Of a stretch of DNA of 64,000 bases, positions 34,336 to 44,345 are shown in pieces. The DNA comes from a bacterium (GTDB lineage: Bacteria > Myxococcota_A > Polyangia > HGW-17 > JAJRWW01), in contig JBDRSE010000199.1 in NCBI GenBank assembly GCA_043825095.1, positions 11,842 through 75,841 on the forward strand, in the 5' to 3' direction. The notes under the pieces are model-generated. The model did no database searches, was not told the origin of the DNA, and was given only the letters and a program-made list of their open reading frames with translations. The position numbers and the translations under genes are program-made. Position 1 is the stretch's first letter. Each line of letters starts with the position of its first letter.

Positions 34336-35862
34336 ATGATTCGTCTGCGATGTTGGGTGGTTGTGTTTTGTCTGCTGGGGATCGGCTGCGGTGGGCCCGT
34401 TCCGCGTCGCACCACCTTCGACCGTCGGAGCCCGGTGCAGTTCGCCCAACGGATCTCGATTCCGGACGAGGCGGTGATCTATATGCAGAACCTGGCGCTG
34501 ATGCGCAGCCGGGTACAGATTGGGCAGGTGAAGCACATCGAGCTGGCTCTGCCGCCGCGGATCATCGCCGAGTCGCTGCAGCTCCGCATCGGGCCGAAGC
34601 AGATCCGGGAGTTCAACGTGATGCGGGCTCACACGAGCAAGCTGGGCATGTACAGCCGCGTGCGGATCCGGAACATCGATCGCTACCTCAAGCCGGGCGA
34701 GCCGCTGGTGGTGGAGTACCTGACCTGGGGCGTGCACTGGAGCGCGCAGTACCGCGTGGACGTGCTTCCCGAGGGGCAGCTTCGGCTGCAGCTGGGCGCG
34801 ATGATCCAGAACCACTGGTACGACCTTTCGTCCATGAAGGTGACCTTGGTCGCCGGCTGGGTGGGCGTCACCCCGGTGTCTCCGGGGCGCGCGCGCGCGG
34901 GGCGCGCCGGGGCGCGGGTGGCGCACCTGGGCCGAGGGCTGCCGGCCGAGGCGATTCCACCGGCGTTCCGCCGCCGCCGCGGGGCCGCGAAGCGCGGTCA
35001 TAGCCTGGCCTGGAGCTCCAATGTCCAGTCGTCCCAGGTGCGGTATCGCAGGACCCGCGCCTTTGCCGGAGAGCTGGTGAGCAAGTACAAGATCCGGCGG
35101 GTGGACAACACGCTCCGACTCAAGGCGTCCAATTTCCAGATGCAGTTCTCCGAGTACTATCAGCAGATCCAGGGGGCCCGGCAGTCCGGCCGCGCCTTTT
35201 ACAACCGCGTGGACGGTTATTCCCTGTACCGGGACCTCAAGCTCAACCTGAACCGTCAGCACAAGAGCTACCTCCACATGGCGTCCCTCGTGGTGAACGC
35301 CAGCCCCTACTATCTGTGGCCCGCGGATCGCGGGGACTCGGTCTACACCGTGTACAAGGTGGTCAACGGCTCGAAGATCCTGCTGCCCGCCGGCACCGCC
35401 TGGATCTACCGGGACGGCGTGTTCGTGGGGCACGACGTGCACCACTGGACTCCCGTGGGGGGCCACACCTTCCTGACCACCACCAATGACGGCGGTGTGG
35501 CCGTGCAGAAGTCGGTCACCTTCCTTCAGGACGACACCCGCCGGATCCGGCTCACGGTGCGCAGCCTGGCGGGCAAACCGGTGCAGGTGGAGATCTTCGA
35601 GCGCAACCCGCTCTGGAGCGAAAAGGGCCGGCTCACCTTCAGTCATGAGCCCCTGACGGCCAACGAGAAGGGGCAGTTCCACCGGTGGAAGCTCCAGATC
35701 CAACCCCGGGGGTCCATGGTCGTGCAGCTCGACTTCCGGCCCGCCCCGAAGAAGCGGGCCCAGCCCGTGGTCCAGCCCACGCTTCGACGCGCCCCCGCCC
35801 CGGCGCCCCGACGTTTTCGACGCGCCCCCGCCCCGGCGTCCCGACGTTTTCGGAGGCGTTGA
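34336..35862 (+). CDS. DUF4139-like (mucoidy-inhibitor-MuiA-type) secreted protein, probable lipoprotein
   Basis: ATG 34336 is preceded by AAGGAGG. Signal: MIRLRCWVVVFCLLGIGCGG. The C-terminal beta-rich part ...VRSLAGKPVQVEIFERNPLWSEKGRLTFSHEPLTANEKGQFHRWKLQIQPRGSMVVQLDF resembles the DUF4139 end. It ends in a basic Pro/Arg tail. Confidence 0.65.
   Translation: MIRLRCWVVVFCLLGIGCGGPVPRRTTFDRRSPVQFAQRISIPDEAVIYMQNLALMRSRVQIGQVKHIELALPPRIIAESLQLRIGPKQIREFNVMRAHTSKLGMYSRVRIRNIDRYLKPGEPLVVEYLTWGVHWSAQYRVDVLPEGQLRLQLGAMIQNHWYDLSSMKVTLVAGWVGVTPVSPGRARAGRAGARVAHLGRGLPAEAIPPAFRRRRGAAKRGHSLAWSSNVQSSQVRYRRTRAFAGELVSKYKIRRVDNTLRLKASNFQMQFSEYYQQIQGARQSGRAFYNRVDGYSLYRDLKLNLNRQHKSYLHMASLVVNASPYYLWPADRGDSVYTVYKVVNGSKILLPAGTAWIYRDGVFVGHDVHHWTPVGGHTFLTTTNDGGVAVQKSVTFLQDDTRRIRLTVRSLAGKPVQVEIFERNPLWSEKGRLTFSHEPLTANEKGQFHRWKLQIQPRGSMVVQLDFRPAPKKRAQPVVQPTLRRAPAPAPRRFRRAPAPASRRFRRR
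35783..35853 (+). repeat. 33-bp tandem direct repeat (2 full copies plus a partial copy, 1 mismatch) at the 3' end of the DUF4139-like gene
   Basis: TTCGACGCGCCCCCGCCCCGGCG(C/T)CCCGACGTT at 35783-35815 and 35816-35848. It encodes RRAPAPAPRRF / RRAPAPASRRF. Confidence 0.85.
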
Positions 35863-35893
35863 CGCGCCGCGCGGAAGCGCGTAGACAGGCGGC

Positions 35894-37714
<1,821 letters not shown>

Positions 37715-37835
37715 TCGCCGATCGGTTTGAGCTCCCGTCGCCGGATCGGGCGGCAAGGGGCCGTTTGCATCGTCGCTCCTTGCACACGGCCCCATGGCGC
37801 TCCGCCCGGCTCGGTCCGCCCAAACCGGTCGGCGA
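37715..37835. terminator. Long (about 121 nt) imperfect hairpin immediately after the ABC-F stop; candidate bidirectional terminator or structured element
   Basis: Outer arms: TCGCCGATCGGTTTG (37715-37729) with CAAACCGGTCGGCGA (37821-37835), 1 mismatch. Middle: CCGGATCGGGCGG with CCGCCCGGCTCGG. Inner: GGGGCCGT with ACGGCCCC. Confidence 0.5.
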
Positions 37836-37906
37836 TCTGACAGCGTCCGGGATGGGGTGGTGGCGGGCAGAGTCAGCGCCGCGGTAGGGCCGGCACCGCG
37901 GTAGGG

Positions 37907-38359
37907 TCAGCGCTGCCGCAGATTCAACTCTCTGATCATGGCCTGGTAGGCGGGGGCGAGGCGGTTCAGGCCCACGTGCGCGAGCAGGCCGGTGATCGTC
38001 TCTGAGAGCTCCCGATCCCCGCGGCCGCCGTGACTCAGCCCCTCCAGGAAGATCTCCAGCGCGCGTCGATAGAGCTTCGCGGCGCGCGCGGACTCGCCCT
38101 GGCGTTTCCAGACCGCGGCGTCTGCCTCCAGCAGCGCCGAGTACATCTTGACCCGGTGCCACTTTCCGAGCATGCGGACGGCGTTCTGCACGTCCAGCAG
38201 GTCGAGGAATCGCGGCTGTTGTCCCAGCAGATCTTCGCAGGACTCCGCGAACACGTCGTGGGCGCGATCCCACTGTTCGGCGTCCCGGTGCCTCACCATT
38301 CGACCGATGGCGCGGCCCAGTTGCTCCAACAGCCGCAGGATGTAGTCGTTGGTGATCAA
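37907..38359 (-). CDS. Small all-helical (TPR-like) protein co-transcribed with the upstream kinase; tentatively DUF6483-like
   Basis: 150 aa with a TTG start, 15 nt after the kinase stop. The N-terminus is ITNDYILRLLEQLGRAIGRMV, and helical repeats run throughout. The family name is from memory and unverified. Confidence 0.5.
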   Translation of the reverse strand: MITNDYILRLLEQLGRAIGRMVRHRDAEQWDRAHDVFAESCEDLLGQQPRFLDLLDVQNAVRMLGKWHRVKMYSALLEADAAVWKRQGESARAAKLYRRALEIFLEGLSHGGRGDRELSETITGLLAHVGLNRLAPAYQAMIRELNLRQR

Positions 38360-38374
38360 CGGGCTTGGCTTCGC

Positions 38375-39898
38375 TCAGCTCAGCAGGTGGATGTAGCCGT
38401 GCAGTCGGGTCACCAGCTCCTTGTCGTTGAGCTGCGGAACCAGCCAACAGAGCATCGAGCTTTTTGTGCCGTCCTTGAGCTCGAAGGAGAAGGCGCGCTG
38501 CAGCGGTCCGCTGCTCGGTTTGCGGATCAGCCGGTCGGCGTCGGTCTGGATGCTGGGGTAGACGATGGCGATGCGCGTGTCCTCGATGACTCGTCCGCGC
38601 AGGTGCTCGAGGGGAGTGCGCACGAAGTAGCAGAACGCCTCGTTGGCGTAAACGATCCGCGCCTGGGTGTCGAGCTGGAACATGGGAAAGGGGCTCTGGT
38701 CCACGAGGGGCTGGTAGATGGGGTCGGACCGCTTCGCGATCAAGGGTTTGTCCCCCGTGGTGCCGCGCTTTCGCGCGCCGGGGAAGTTGTACATCTCCAT
38801 CACGGTCCGGAGCTGAAAGATCACCTGTCCCATGGAGCGCTGGCGTTCCTTGGGGTTCTTCTGCAGCGCCTCCAGGATGACCGCTTCCACGCGGCTCTCC
38901 AAAGGCTCCTCCATGAGCCGGGAGGGCGGGATGGGCTCCTGCTGGAGCTGGGCGATGATGACGTCCTCCAGGGTGCCGACGAAGGGCACCCCGCCGGTGA
39001 GCATCTCGTAGAGCAATGTGCCCAGCGCGTAGATGTCCATGCTCGGCTGCGGCGACTCGCCGTTGATCAGCTCAGGCGCCATGTAGTGCGGTGTGCCGCC
39101 GACCTCGATGTCGGCCAGCCTCACGTTTGAGGTGCGGGGGCGGGAGAGCCCGAAGTCGATGATCTTGACCAGGGTTCGTTGGCGGCCGTCCGCCGGGGGG
39201 CGGCAGAGGAAGACGTTCTCTGCCTTTACGTCACAGTGAATGAAGCCCTGGCCGTGCATGTAGTGCAGCGCCTCGGCAACCTGCAATGCGATCTCGAGCG
39301 CCTGATGCACCCGGAGCCTGGTCTGTCGTCTCAGCCGCTGGTGCAGGGTTTCTCCCTTGAGGTACTCCATGACGAGAAACGCGCCGTGCCGCTCGTCCAC
39401 TCCGAAGTCGATGATCTGGACGATGTTCGGGTGATCCAGGCGGCTGGCCGTCTTGGCCTCCCGCAGGAACAGCTGTCGGGCGCGCGGCACGAGAGACGGC
39501 TGCGCCTCGATGACCTTGAGCGCGAACTCCTTGTCCATGTGGATGTGCCGGACCTTGTAGATCTCGGACATGCCGCCGGCGCCGAGCTTCTCCACGATCC
39601 GGTAACGATACCCGATGGGCGGGGTGACACCCTCCTGGGAGTCCCGGAGCTCGAGCTCGTCGGTTTCCCAAACGGTGGTGGTGACGCGGTCACTGGTGAC
39701 GCGCTCACCCACGAGGTCTTCTCCCGGGCGGGTGACGTCTTCGTGATCCACGTCGAAGTCGTAGGCGTGCACGGTCCCGATGGATGAGATGCGGTTCGGA
39801 TCCGGCAGCGGTTCGAGCCCCCCTGTGCGTCGACGCTTCCGGGGAGGCTTCCTCGGGGCCACGGGCGTTTTACCACTGGGGTTCTTTTGATCAGTCAC
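38375..39898 (-). CDS. Ser/Thr protein kinase with C-terminal PAS-like domain
   Basis: GTG start. Kinase: GAGGMSEIYKV, FALKVI, HCDVKAENVF, DFGLSR, GTPHYMAPE. The C-terminal part PFPMFQLDTQARIVYANEAFCYFVRTPLEHLRGRVIED... is PAS-like. Confidence 0.9.
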   Translation of the reverse strand: MTDQKNPSGKTPVAPRKPPRKRRRTGGLEPLPDPNRISSIGTVHAYDFDVDHEDVTRPGEDLVGERVTSDRVTTTVWETDELELRDSQEGVTPPIGYRYRIVEKLGAGGMSEIYKVRHIHMDKEFALKVIEAQPSLVPRARQLFLREAKTASRLDHPNIVQIIDFGVDERHGAFLVMEYLKGETLHQRLRRQTRLRVHQALEIALQVAEALHYMHGQGFIHCDVKAENVFLCRPPADGRQRTLVKIIDFGLSRPRTSNVRLADIEVGGTPHYMAPELINGESPQPSMDIYALGTLLYEMLTGGVPFVGTLEDVIIAQLQQEPIPPSRLMEEPLESRVEAVILEALQKNPKERQRSMGQVIFQLRTVMEMYNFPGARKRGTTGDKPLIAKRSDPIYQPLVDQSPFPMFQLDTQARIVYANEAFCYFVRTPLEHLRGRVIEDTRIAIVYPSIQTDADRLIRKPSSGPLQRAFSFELKDGTKSSMLCWLVPQLNDKELVTRLHGYIHLLS

Positions 39899-39918
39899 GT
39901 CTCACACTGTCCAAGGTC

Positions 39919-39947
39919 ATTGTAACGGATGCTCTCCTGCCGAACAA
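39919..39947 (-). promoter_or_regulatory. Sigma-70-type promoter candidate (TTGTTC-17 nt-TACAAT) for the kinase-PAS gene
   Basis: Reverse strand: TTGTTC (39947-39942), 17-nt spacer, TACAAT (39924-39919). The -10 element ends 20 nt upstream of GTG 39898. Repeat copy A begins 5 nt upstream of the -35 element. Confidence 0.4.
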
Positions 39948-39952
39948 CCGAG

Positions 39953-40027
39953 GGATGTGTTCACGGGGCGCGCCGTTTGCGGCACCCAGAGCGTAGCGAG
40001 GCACCCCGGAGGGGGCGGGAGGGAGGG
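39953..40027 (-). repeat. Dispersed intergenic element, copy A
   Basis: Reverse strand: TTCCCTCCCTCCCGCCCCCTCCGGGGTGCCTCGCTACGCTCTGGGTGCCGCAAACGGCGCGCCCCGTGAACACATCCC. It aligns with copies B and C (see findings). Confidence 0.85.
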
Positions 40028-40157
40028 AATTTCGGGCGAAAACAAAACTCCTTCGCGTGCGTAATTTTCGCTTGTTTTATACGAAATCGCTCTGCTAAGA
40101 CTGCGCAGGACACATTGGCTGGTACTCCGGCTTGGTCGGGTGCCACGGGGTGGAATC

Positions 40158-40580
40158 ATGTTGAGTGAGAATGAGGAGCGCACCGCCGGGCGGTCCGCAA
40201 CGCGCGGGCTGCTTTGGCAGGCCGAGGACGCAGTGGGCGCCGAGCGGAGGCTCGCGGAGCGAGTGCTGATCGACTGCGAGGTGGACTTCGCCTCCGAGGA
40301 CACTTTCTTGTTTGCGTACGCGACAAACATCTCAGCTCTCGGGATCTTCCTGCAGACCCGGGAGCCCGAGCCCGTCGGGACCCGCATGAACCTCGGGTTT
40401 ACCGTGCCCAACGGCGGGGAGCGGCTCGAGGTCGAGGGGATCGTGCGCTGGATCAACCCCTACCGACCGGGTGATTTCAACAATCTCAACCCCGGGATGG
40501 GGATCGAGTTCCTCTCGCTGACCGAGCCGCAGCGGGAGCTGATCGTCGATCTGATCCGATTGATCGCCTACCTCGCGTAG
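40158..40580 (+). CDS. PilZ-domain protein (c-di-GMP-binding motifs intact)
   Basis: RxxxR (RLAER) and N-x-S-x-x-G (NISALG) motifs with typical spacing. The beta-barrel region ends at GMGIEFLSLTEPQRELI. ATG 40158 is preferred over the track's GTG 40140. Confidence 0.8.
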   Translation: MLSENEERTAGRSATRGLLWQAEDAVGAERRLAERVLIDCEVDFASEDTFLFAYATNISALGIFLQTREPEPVGTRMNLGFTVPNGGERLEVEGIVRWINPYRPGDFNNLNPGMGIEFLSLTEPQRELIVDLIRLIAYLA

Positions 40581-40647
40581 CGCGGTCAAAGAACTTGACG
40601 AGTCTGCGAGTTCGGTGAACACCCTGTAGAGGAGGTTTTCTCTACTG

Positions 40648-41496
40648 ATGGTGCTACCGCGTCGCCCCATGCTCCCCCTGATGCGCTTGGCTGTCGTGGC
40701 CGTGGTGACGGTGGGGTTGGCACTTCCTACGGCGGCGCGCCGATCGAAACGCATGAGTTGGCGACTCCGTACGCTCAAGAACTTCCGCGATTCGGGCGCG
40801 CTCGCCGGTCTCCCCACCGGGCGCATCTACCGGTCCGACGATCCACGCTATCGCCCGTTCCGGTCGTGTCGGGCGCTGCAGCGGGCGGGCATCAAGACCA
40901 TCGTCAAGCTCAACGGGTACCAGAGCAGAATGCGGTTTGGCTTTCAGCCTTTCTGGCGCCGTGGCCCCTGTCGAATCCGTGAGCTCGTCGTGTCGCTGCC
41001 CCACGGACGGACCCAGGGCTCGCTCGGCATGAACATCTACCAGATCGGCCGACGCACTCTCACGAAACGGCGCCTGCGGGTGGTTCGTCACATGGAGCGG
41101 CAGCTCGGGCTGATGCTCAAGGAGCTTACGCGCCTCAAGGAGCAGCACCTTCCGCTGCTGTTTCAGTGTTCCCTGGGGCGCGATCGTACGGGGATCGTCA
41201 TCGCGCTGCTGCAGCGGATCGCGGGGGCCGACCGGGAGGCCGTGATCCGGGAGTATGTGGAGAGCCACCGGACCGTGGGCCGTACCAGCGCGACCAGCAT
41301 CCGTCCGGTGTTGAGACGGACGCACCCGACGCATCGGTTTCTGCGCAAGGTGCTCGGGTTGAGCTGGTGGCAGATCCATCGCCTCAAGTGGCTGGTGCGA
41401 GGCAGCCAGACCCGTGCGGATCAGGCTCCAGTGCCCCCCGCACGCACTACGCCGCACCGCCGCATCGGCCTCCGGTCCCCGGCACCGCGCCGCTGA
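40648..41496 (+). CDS. Secreted protein-tyrosine phosphatase (Y_phosphatase3-like; CX5R active site)
   Basis: Signal peptide MLPLMRLAVVAVVTVGLALPTAA. It has an NFRDSG motif and a catalytic loop FQCSLGRDRTG (C-x5-R followed by T/G). Confidence 0.75.
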   Translation: MVLPRRPMLPLMRLAVVAVVTVGLALPTAARRSKRMSWRLRTLKNFRDSGALAGLPTGRIYRSDDPRYRPFRSCRALQRAGIKTIVKLNGYQSRMRFGFQPFWRRGPCRIRELVVSLPHGRTQGSLGMNIYQIGRRTLTKRRLRVVRHMERQLGLMLKELTRLKEQHLPLLFQCSLGRDRTGIVIALLQRIAGADREAVIREYVESHRTVGRTSATSIRPVLRRTHPTHRFLRKVLGLSWWQIHRLKWLVRGSQTRADQAPVPPARTTPHRRIGLRSPAPRR

Positions 41497-41606
41497 GCGT
41501 GGGTTCGGACCGTCCGACAAACGGTCTTCTCCGGGGGCCTTCGAATCCGTTTCGTTCGCGTTGGGTCGAAGAGTATAGTCTGCGTCCAACTCGGAAGGAG
41601 TGGTGA

Positions 41607-43124
41607 ATGACGAAGCGGTACGATGCCGTCGTTGTCGGTGCGGGCCTCGGCGGCCTGTCCGCTGCCACGGCGATGGCGCGGGCAGGGCTGGGTGTATGTC
41701 TGCTCGAGCGGCACAACATCCCCGGCGGCTATGCCACCAGCTTCGTGCGGGGTCGCTTCGAGTTCGAGGTGGCGTTGCACGAGCTGTCCGGCATCGGCGC
41801 AGCCGGCGAAGCCACCAAGCTCGACGCCTTCCTCGATCATCTCGGCGTGTCCGCGGAGGTGGAGATCGTCCGTGTTCCGGAGCTGTATCGCTCGATCTTT
41901 CCCGATCTGGACGTGGTGCTCCCGAGCGGATGGGATTCCTACGAGGCAACACTCTGCGAGCTGTTCCCCCGGGAGGCCGACGGGCTGCATCGATTCCTGG
42001 GGCGGGTGCAGAAGGTGGGCCGGGAAGTGCAGGAGATCACACGGCATTACAACTTCGGCAATCCGCTCACGGCGCCGACCCGCTTTCCGAACGTGATTCG
42101 GTATCTCCCCGCCACCTGGGGCCAGCTGCTGGATCACGACATCCGCGATCCGCGGGCGCGGGCCGTGCTCTCCCAGTACTGGGGGTACTTCGGAATGGGG
42201 CCGTCCCGGGTGTCGGGGCTGTACTTTGCGGTGGCGCTGGACGCCTACGTGAGGCTTGGCCCCAGCTACGTCAAGGGGCGCTCCCAGGCCCTCTCCAACG
42301 CCTTCGTCCGGGCCTTCGAGCGGCACGGCGGGGACGTGCGGTTCAACTGCGGGGTGCGGAGTATCACCACTGACGGGGGGCATGTGTCGGGTGTCATCAC
42401 CGAGCAGGGCGAGCCGATCGAGGCGCCCTTCGTGGTGTCCAATGCGGATCCCATCACCACCTGCCGCGAGCTGCTCGCCGAAGGGGAGGTGGGCCGTCGG
42501 TTCTTCGACTCGATGCGGCACCGCACCGTGGCGCCGTCCAGCGTGAACGTGTACCTGGGGTTGGCCTGTCCCCGCGAGGAGCTGGGGGAGCTCGTCCACG
42601 AGAACTTCGTCAACTCCGACTACGACATGGACAGCCACTATGAGCGATTCAGCTCCCTGGTGGATCCGGCGGTAACCCTCGTGACCTGCTACAGCTCCGT
42701 GGTCCCGGAGATCTCACCCCCGGGCACGACGATGCTCGTACTCACGACCCTGATGTACGGCGACCCCTGGATGCGTATCCCTCCCGAGGAGTACGTGGAC
42801 ACGAAGAATCGGGTGGCGGAGTCCATGCTCCGGGACGCCGAGCGCCTCGCTCCGGGGCTTCGGGATCATATCGAAGAGCTGGAGGTGGCGACCCCGATTA
42901 CGAACATGCGTTACACCGGAGCCCTGGGTGGGTCCATCTACGGGTTCAACTCACCGGCCTTCGACCACACCATCCTGAGAATGCCGCCCCGGGGGCCGGT
43001 TCCGGGGCTGTTCTTCGCTGGCGCGTGGACCCAGCCGGGAGGCGGCTTCGAGCCGTGCATGATGTCCGGCAAGATCGCGGCCCGCGCGGTCCGCGCCCAG
43101 CTCGAGAAAGGAGGCCGCTCATGA
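41607..43124 (+). CDS. FAD-dependent oxidoreductase, phytoene-desaturase (CrtI) superfamily
   Basis: N-terminal dinucleotide fold YDAVVVGAGLGGLSAATAMARAGLGVCLLERHNIPGGY. The C-terminal FFAGAWTQPGGGFEPCMMSGKIAA is typical of the CrtI/amine-oxidase family. Confidence 0.85.
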   Translation: MTKRYDAVVVGAGLGGLSAATAMARAGLGVCLLERHNIPGGYATSFVRGRFEFEVALHELSGIGAAGEATKLDAFLDHLGVSAEVEIVRVPELYRSIFPDLDVVLPSGWDSYEATLCELFPREADGLHRFLGRVQKVGREVQEITRHYNFGNPLTAPTRFPNVIRYLPATWGQLLDHDIRDPRARAVLSQYWGYFGMGPSRVSGLYFAVALDAYVRLGPSYVKGRSQALSNAFVRAFERHGGDVRFNCGVRSITTDGGHVSGVITEQGEPIEAPFVVSNADPITTCRELLAEGEVGRRFFDSMRHRTVAPSSVNVYLGLACPREELGELVHENFVNSDYDMDSHYERFSSLVDPAVTLVTCYSSVVPEISPPGTTMLVLTTLMYGDPWMRIPPEEYVDTKNRVAESMLRDAERLAPGLRDHIEELEVATPITNMRYTGALGGSIYGFNSPAFDHTILRMPPRGPVPGLFFAGAWTQPGGGFEPCMMSGKIAARAVRAQLEKGGRS

Positions 43125-44293
43125 GGGAAGCCCTGAGCTGGCTCCGGGACCTGTCTCGGTACGTCGGTTTCGGCCTGGAGCGGGTGGTGCGCCCCCGCCT
43201 CGGACAGGGTGTCGACTACCGGGAGCCGCGGTTCCGGGATCAGGCGCGTCTGGTGGTCGAGCGGCTGCACCCGCGCAGGATGTCGCTGCGGGTGGACGCG
43301 ATCCTGCAGGAGACGCCGACGACCCGCACCTTCCGCTTCGTCCGGACCGACGGGGCGCTGCCCCCCTTTCGTGCCGGGCAGTACGTGAACCTGTACGTGG
43401 AAATCGCCGGCGTCAGGACGAGCCGACCGTACTCCATCTCGTCGGCGCCGGGGAGCGATCACCTGGACCTGACCGTCCGGGACAACCCGGGCGGATTCGT
43501 CGCGAGCTATCTTCTCGAGCACCTCGCCGAGGGGGACGTGGTGGAGACGAGCGGTCCGGCCGGGAGCTTTTACTACGAGCCCCTGATTCACCGGGAGGAG
43601 CTGGTGTTCCTCGCCGGAGGGAGCGGCATCACGCCGTTTATGTCCATGCTCCGAGATCAGGCTCGTCGGGGTTGGCCGCTCCGGATCCAGCTGCTCTATG
43701 GGAGTCGGTCGCCGGACGACGTTCTGTTCGCCGACGAGCTCGCTGCCCTCGCGGAGTCGACCGACCGGTTCTCCTGGTGCTCGGTGATCTCCGAGCCGCC
43801 GCCCGGGTACGATGGGCCCACCGGCCTGTTGGACGCTCCGCGTCTCCGAGACGCGCTCGGAGTCCCCGGCGGGCGGATGTTCTTCGTCTGCGGCCCGAAC
43901 CGCATGTACGATCTCTGCCTCCGATCCCTGGAGGAGCTGGCCGTGCCGCCGCACCGGGTCCGACGGGAGCTCTACGGCCCACCGTCGGACGTGACCGCGG
44001 AGCCGGGTTGGCCCGAGTCCGTCGACGCGGGGACCACGTTTCGGGTGGACGTCTTGGGGGTGAGGGTCTTCGACGCGCGGGCCGGCGAGCCGCTCCTGAA
44101 CGCCTTCGAGCGCCACCACGTCGTGGCGCCGGCCCTGTGTCGCTCCGGGGAGTGCAGCGCCTGTCGAACCCGGATCCTCGCCGGGCAGGTATTCATGCCG
44201 GCCGGAACCGGCGTGCGTGAGTCCGATGCGCGCTACGGCTACGTGCACGCCTGCGTCGCGTACCCCATCTCGGATCTCAAGATCCGGCTCTGA
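43121..44293 (+). CDS. FNR-type reductase with C-terminal plant-type 2Fe-2S ferredoxin domain
   Basis: ATG 43121 overlaps the upstream stop (ATGA) and follows GAAAGGAGG. It carries RPYSISS (FAD), LAGGSGITPF (NAD(P)H) and CRSGECSACRTRIL...HAC (2Fe-2S ligands). Confidence 0.85.
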   Translation: MREALSWLRDLSRYVGFGLERVVRPRLGQGVDYREPRFRDQARLVVERLHPRRMSLRVDAILQETPTTRTFRFVRTDGALPPFRAGQYVNLYVEIAGVRTSRPYSISSAPGSDHLDLTVRDNPGGFVASYLLEHLAEGDVVETSGPAGSFYYEPLIHREELVFLAGGSGITPFMSMLRDQARRGWPLRIQLLYGSRSPDDVLFADELAALAESTDRFSWCSVISEPPPGYDGPTGLLDAPRLRDALGVPGGRMFFVCGPNRMYDLCLRSLEELAVPPHRVRRELYGPPSDVTAEPGWPESVDAGTTFRVDVLGVRVFDARAGEPLLNAFERHHVVAPALCRSGECSACRTRILAGQVFMPAGTGVRESDARYGYVHACVAYPISDLKIRL

Positions 44294-44345
44294 GGCCGAC
44301 GCCGGCCGTATCTACCTGCTCGTAAGTCGAGATCACCTTGGATGC

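Noticed and set aside
40571-40625. Possible degenerate fourth copy of the dispersed element (CCTCGCGTAGCGCGG ... GGTGAACACCCTG) upstream of the phosphatase gene
   Set aside because: Only two short blocks match and the middle 30 nt do not align. GTGAACAC also occurs by chance inside sctV coding sequence (6754-6761), so an isolated 8-mer match is not evidence.
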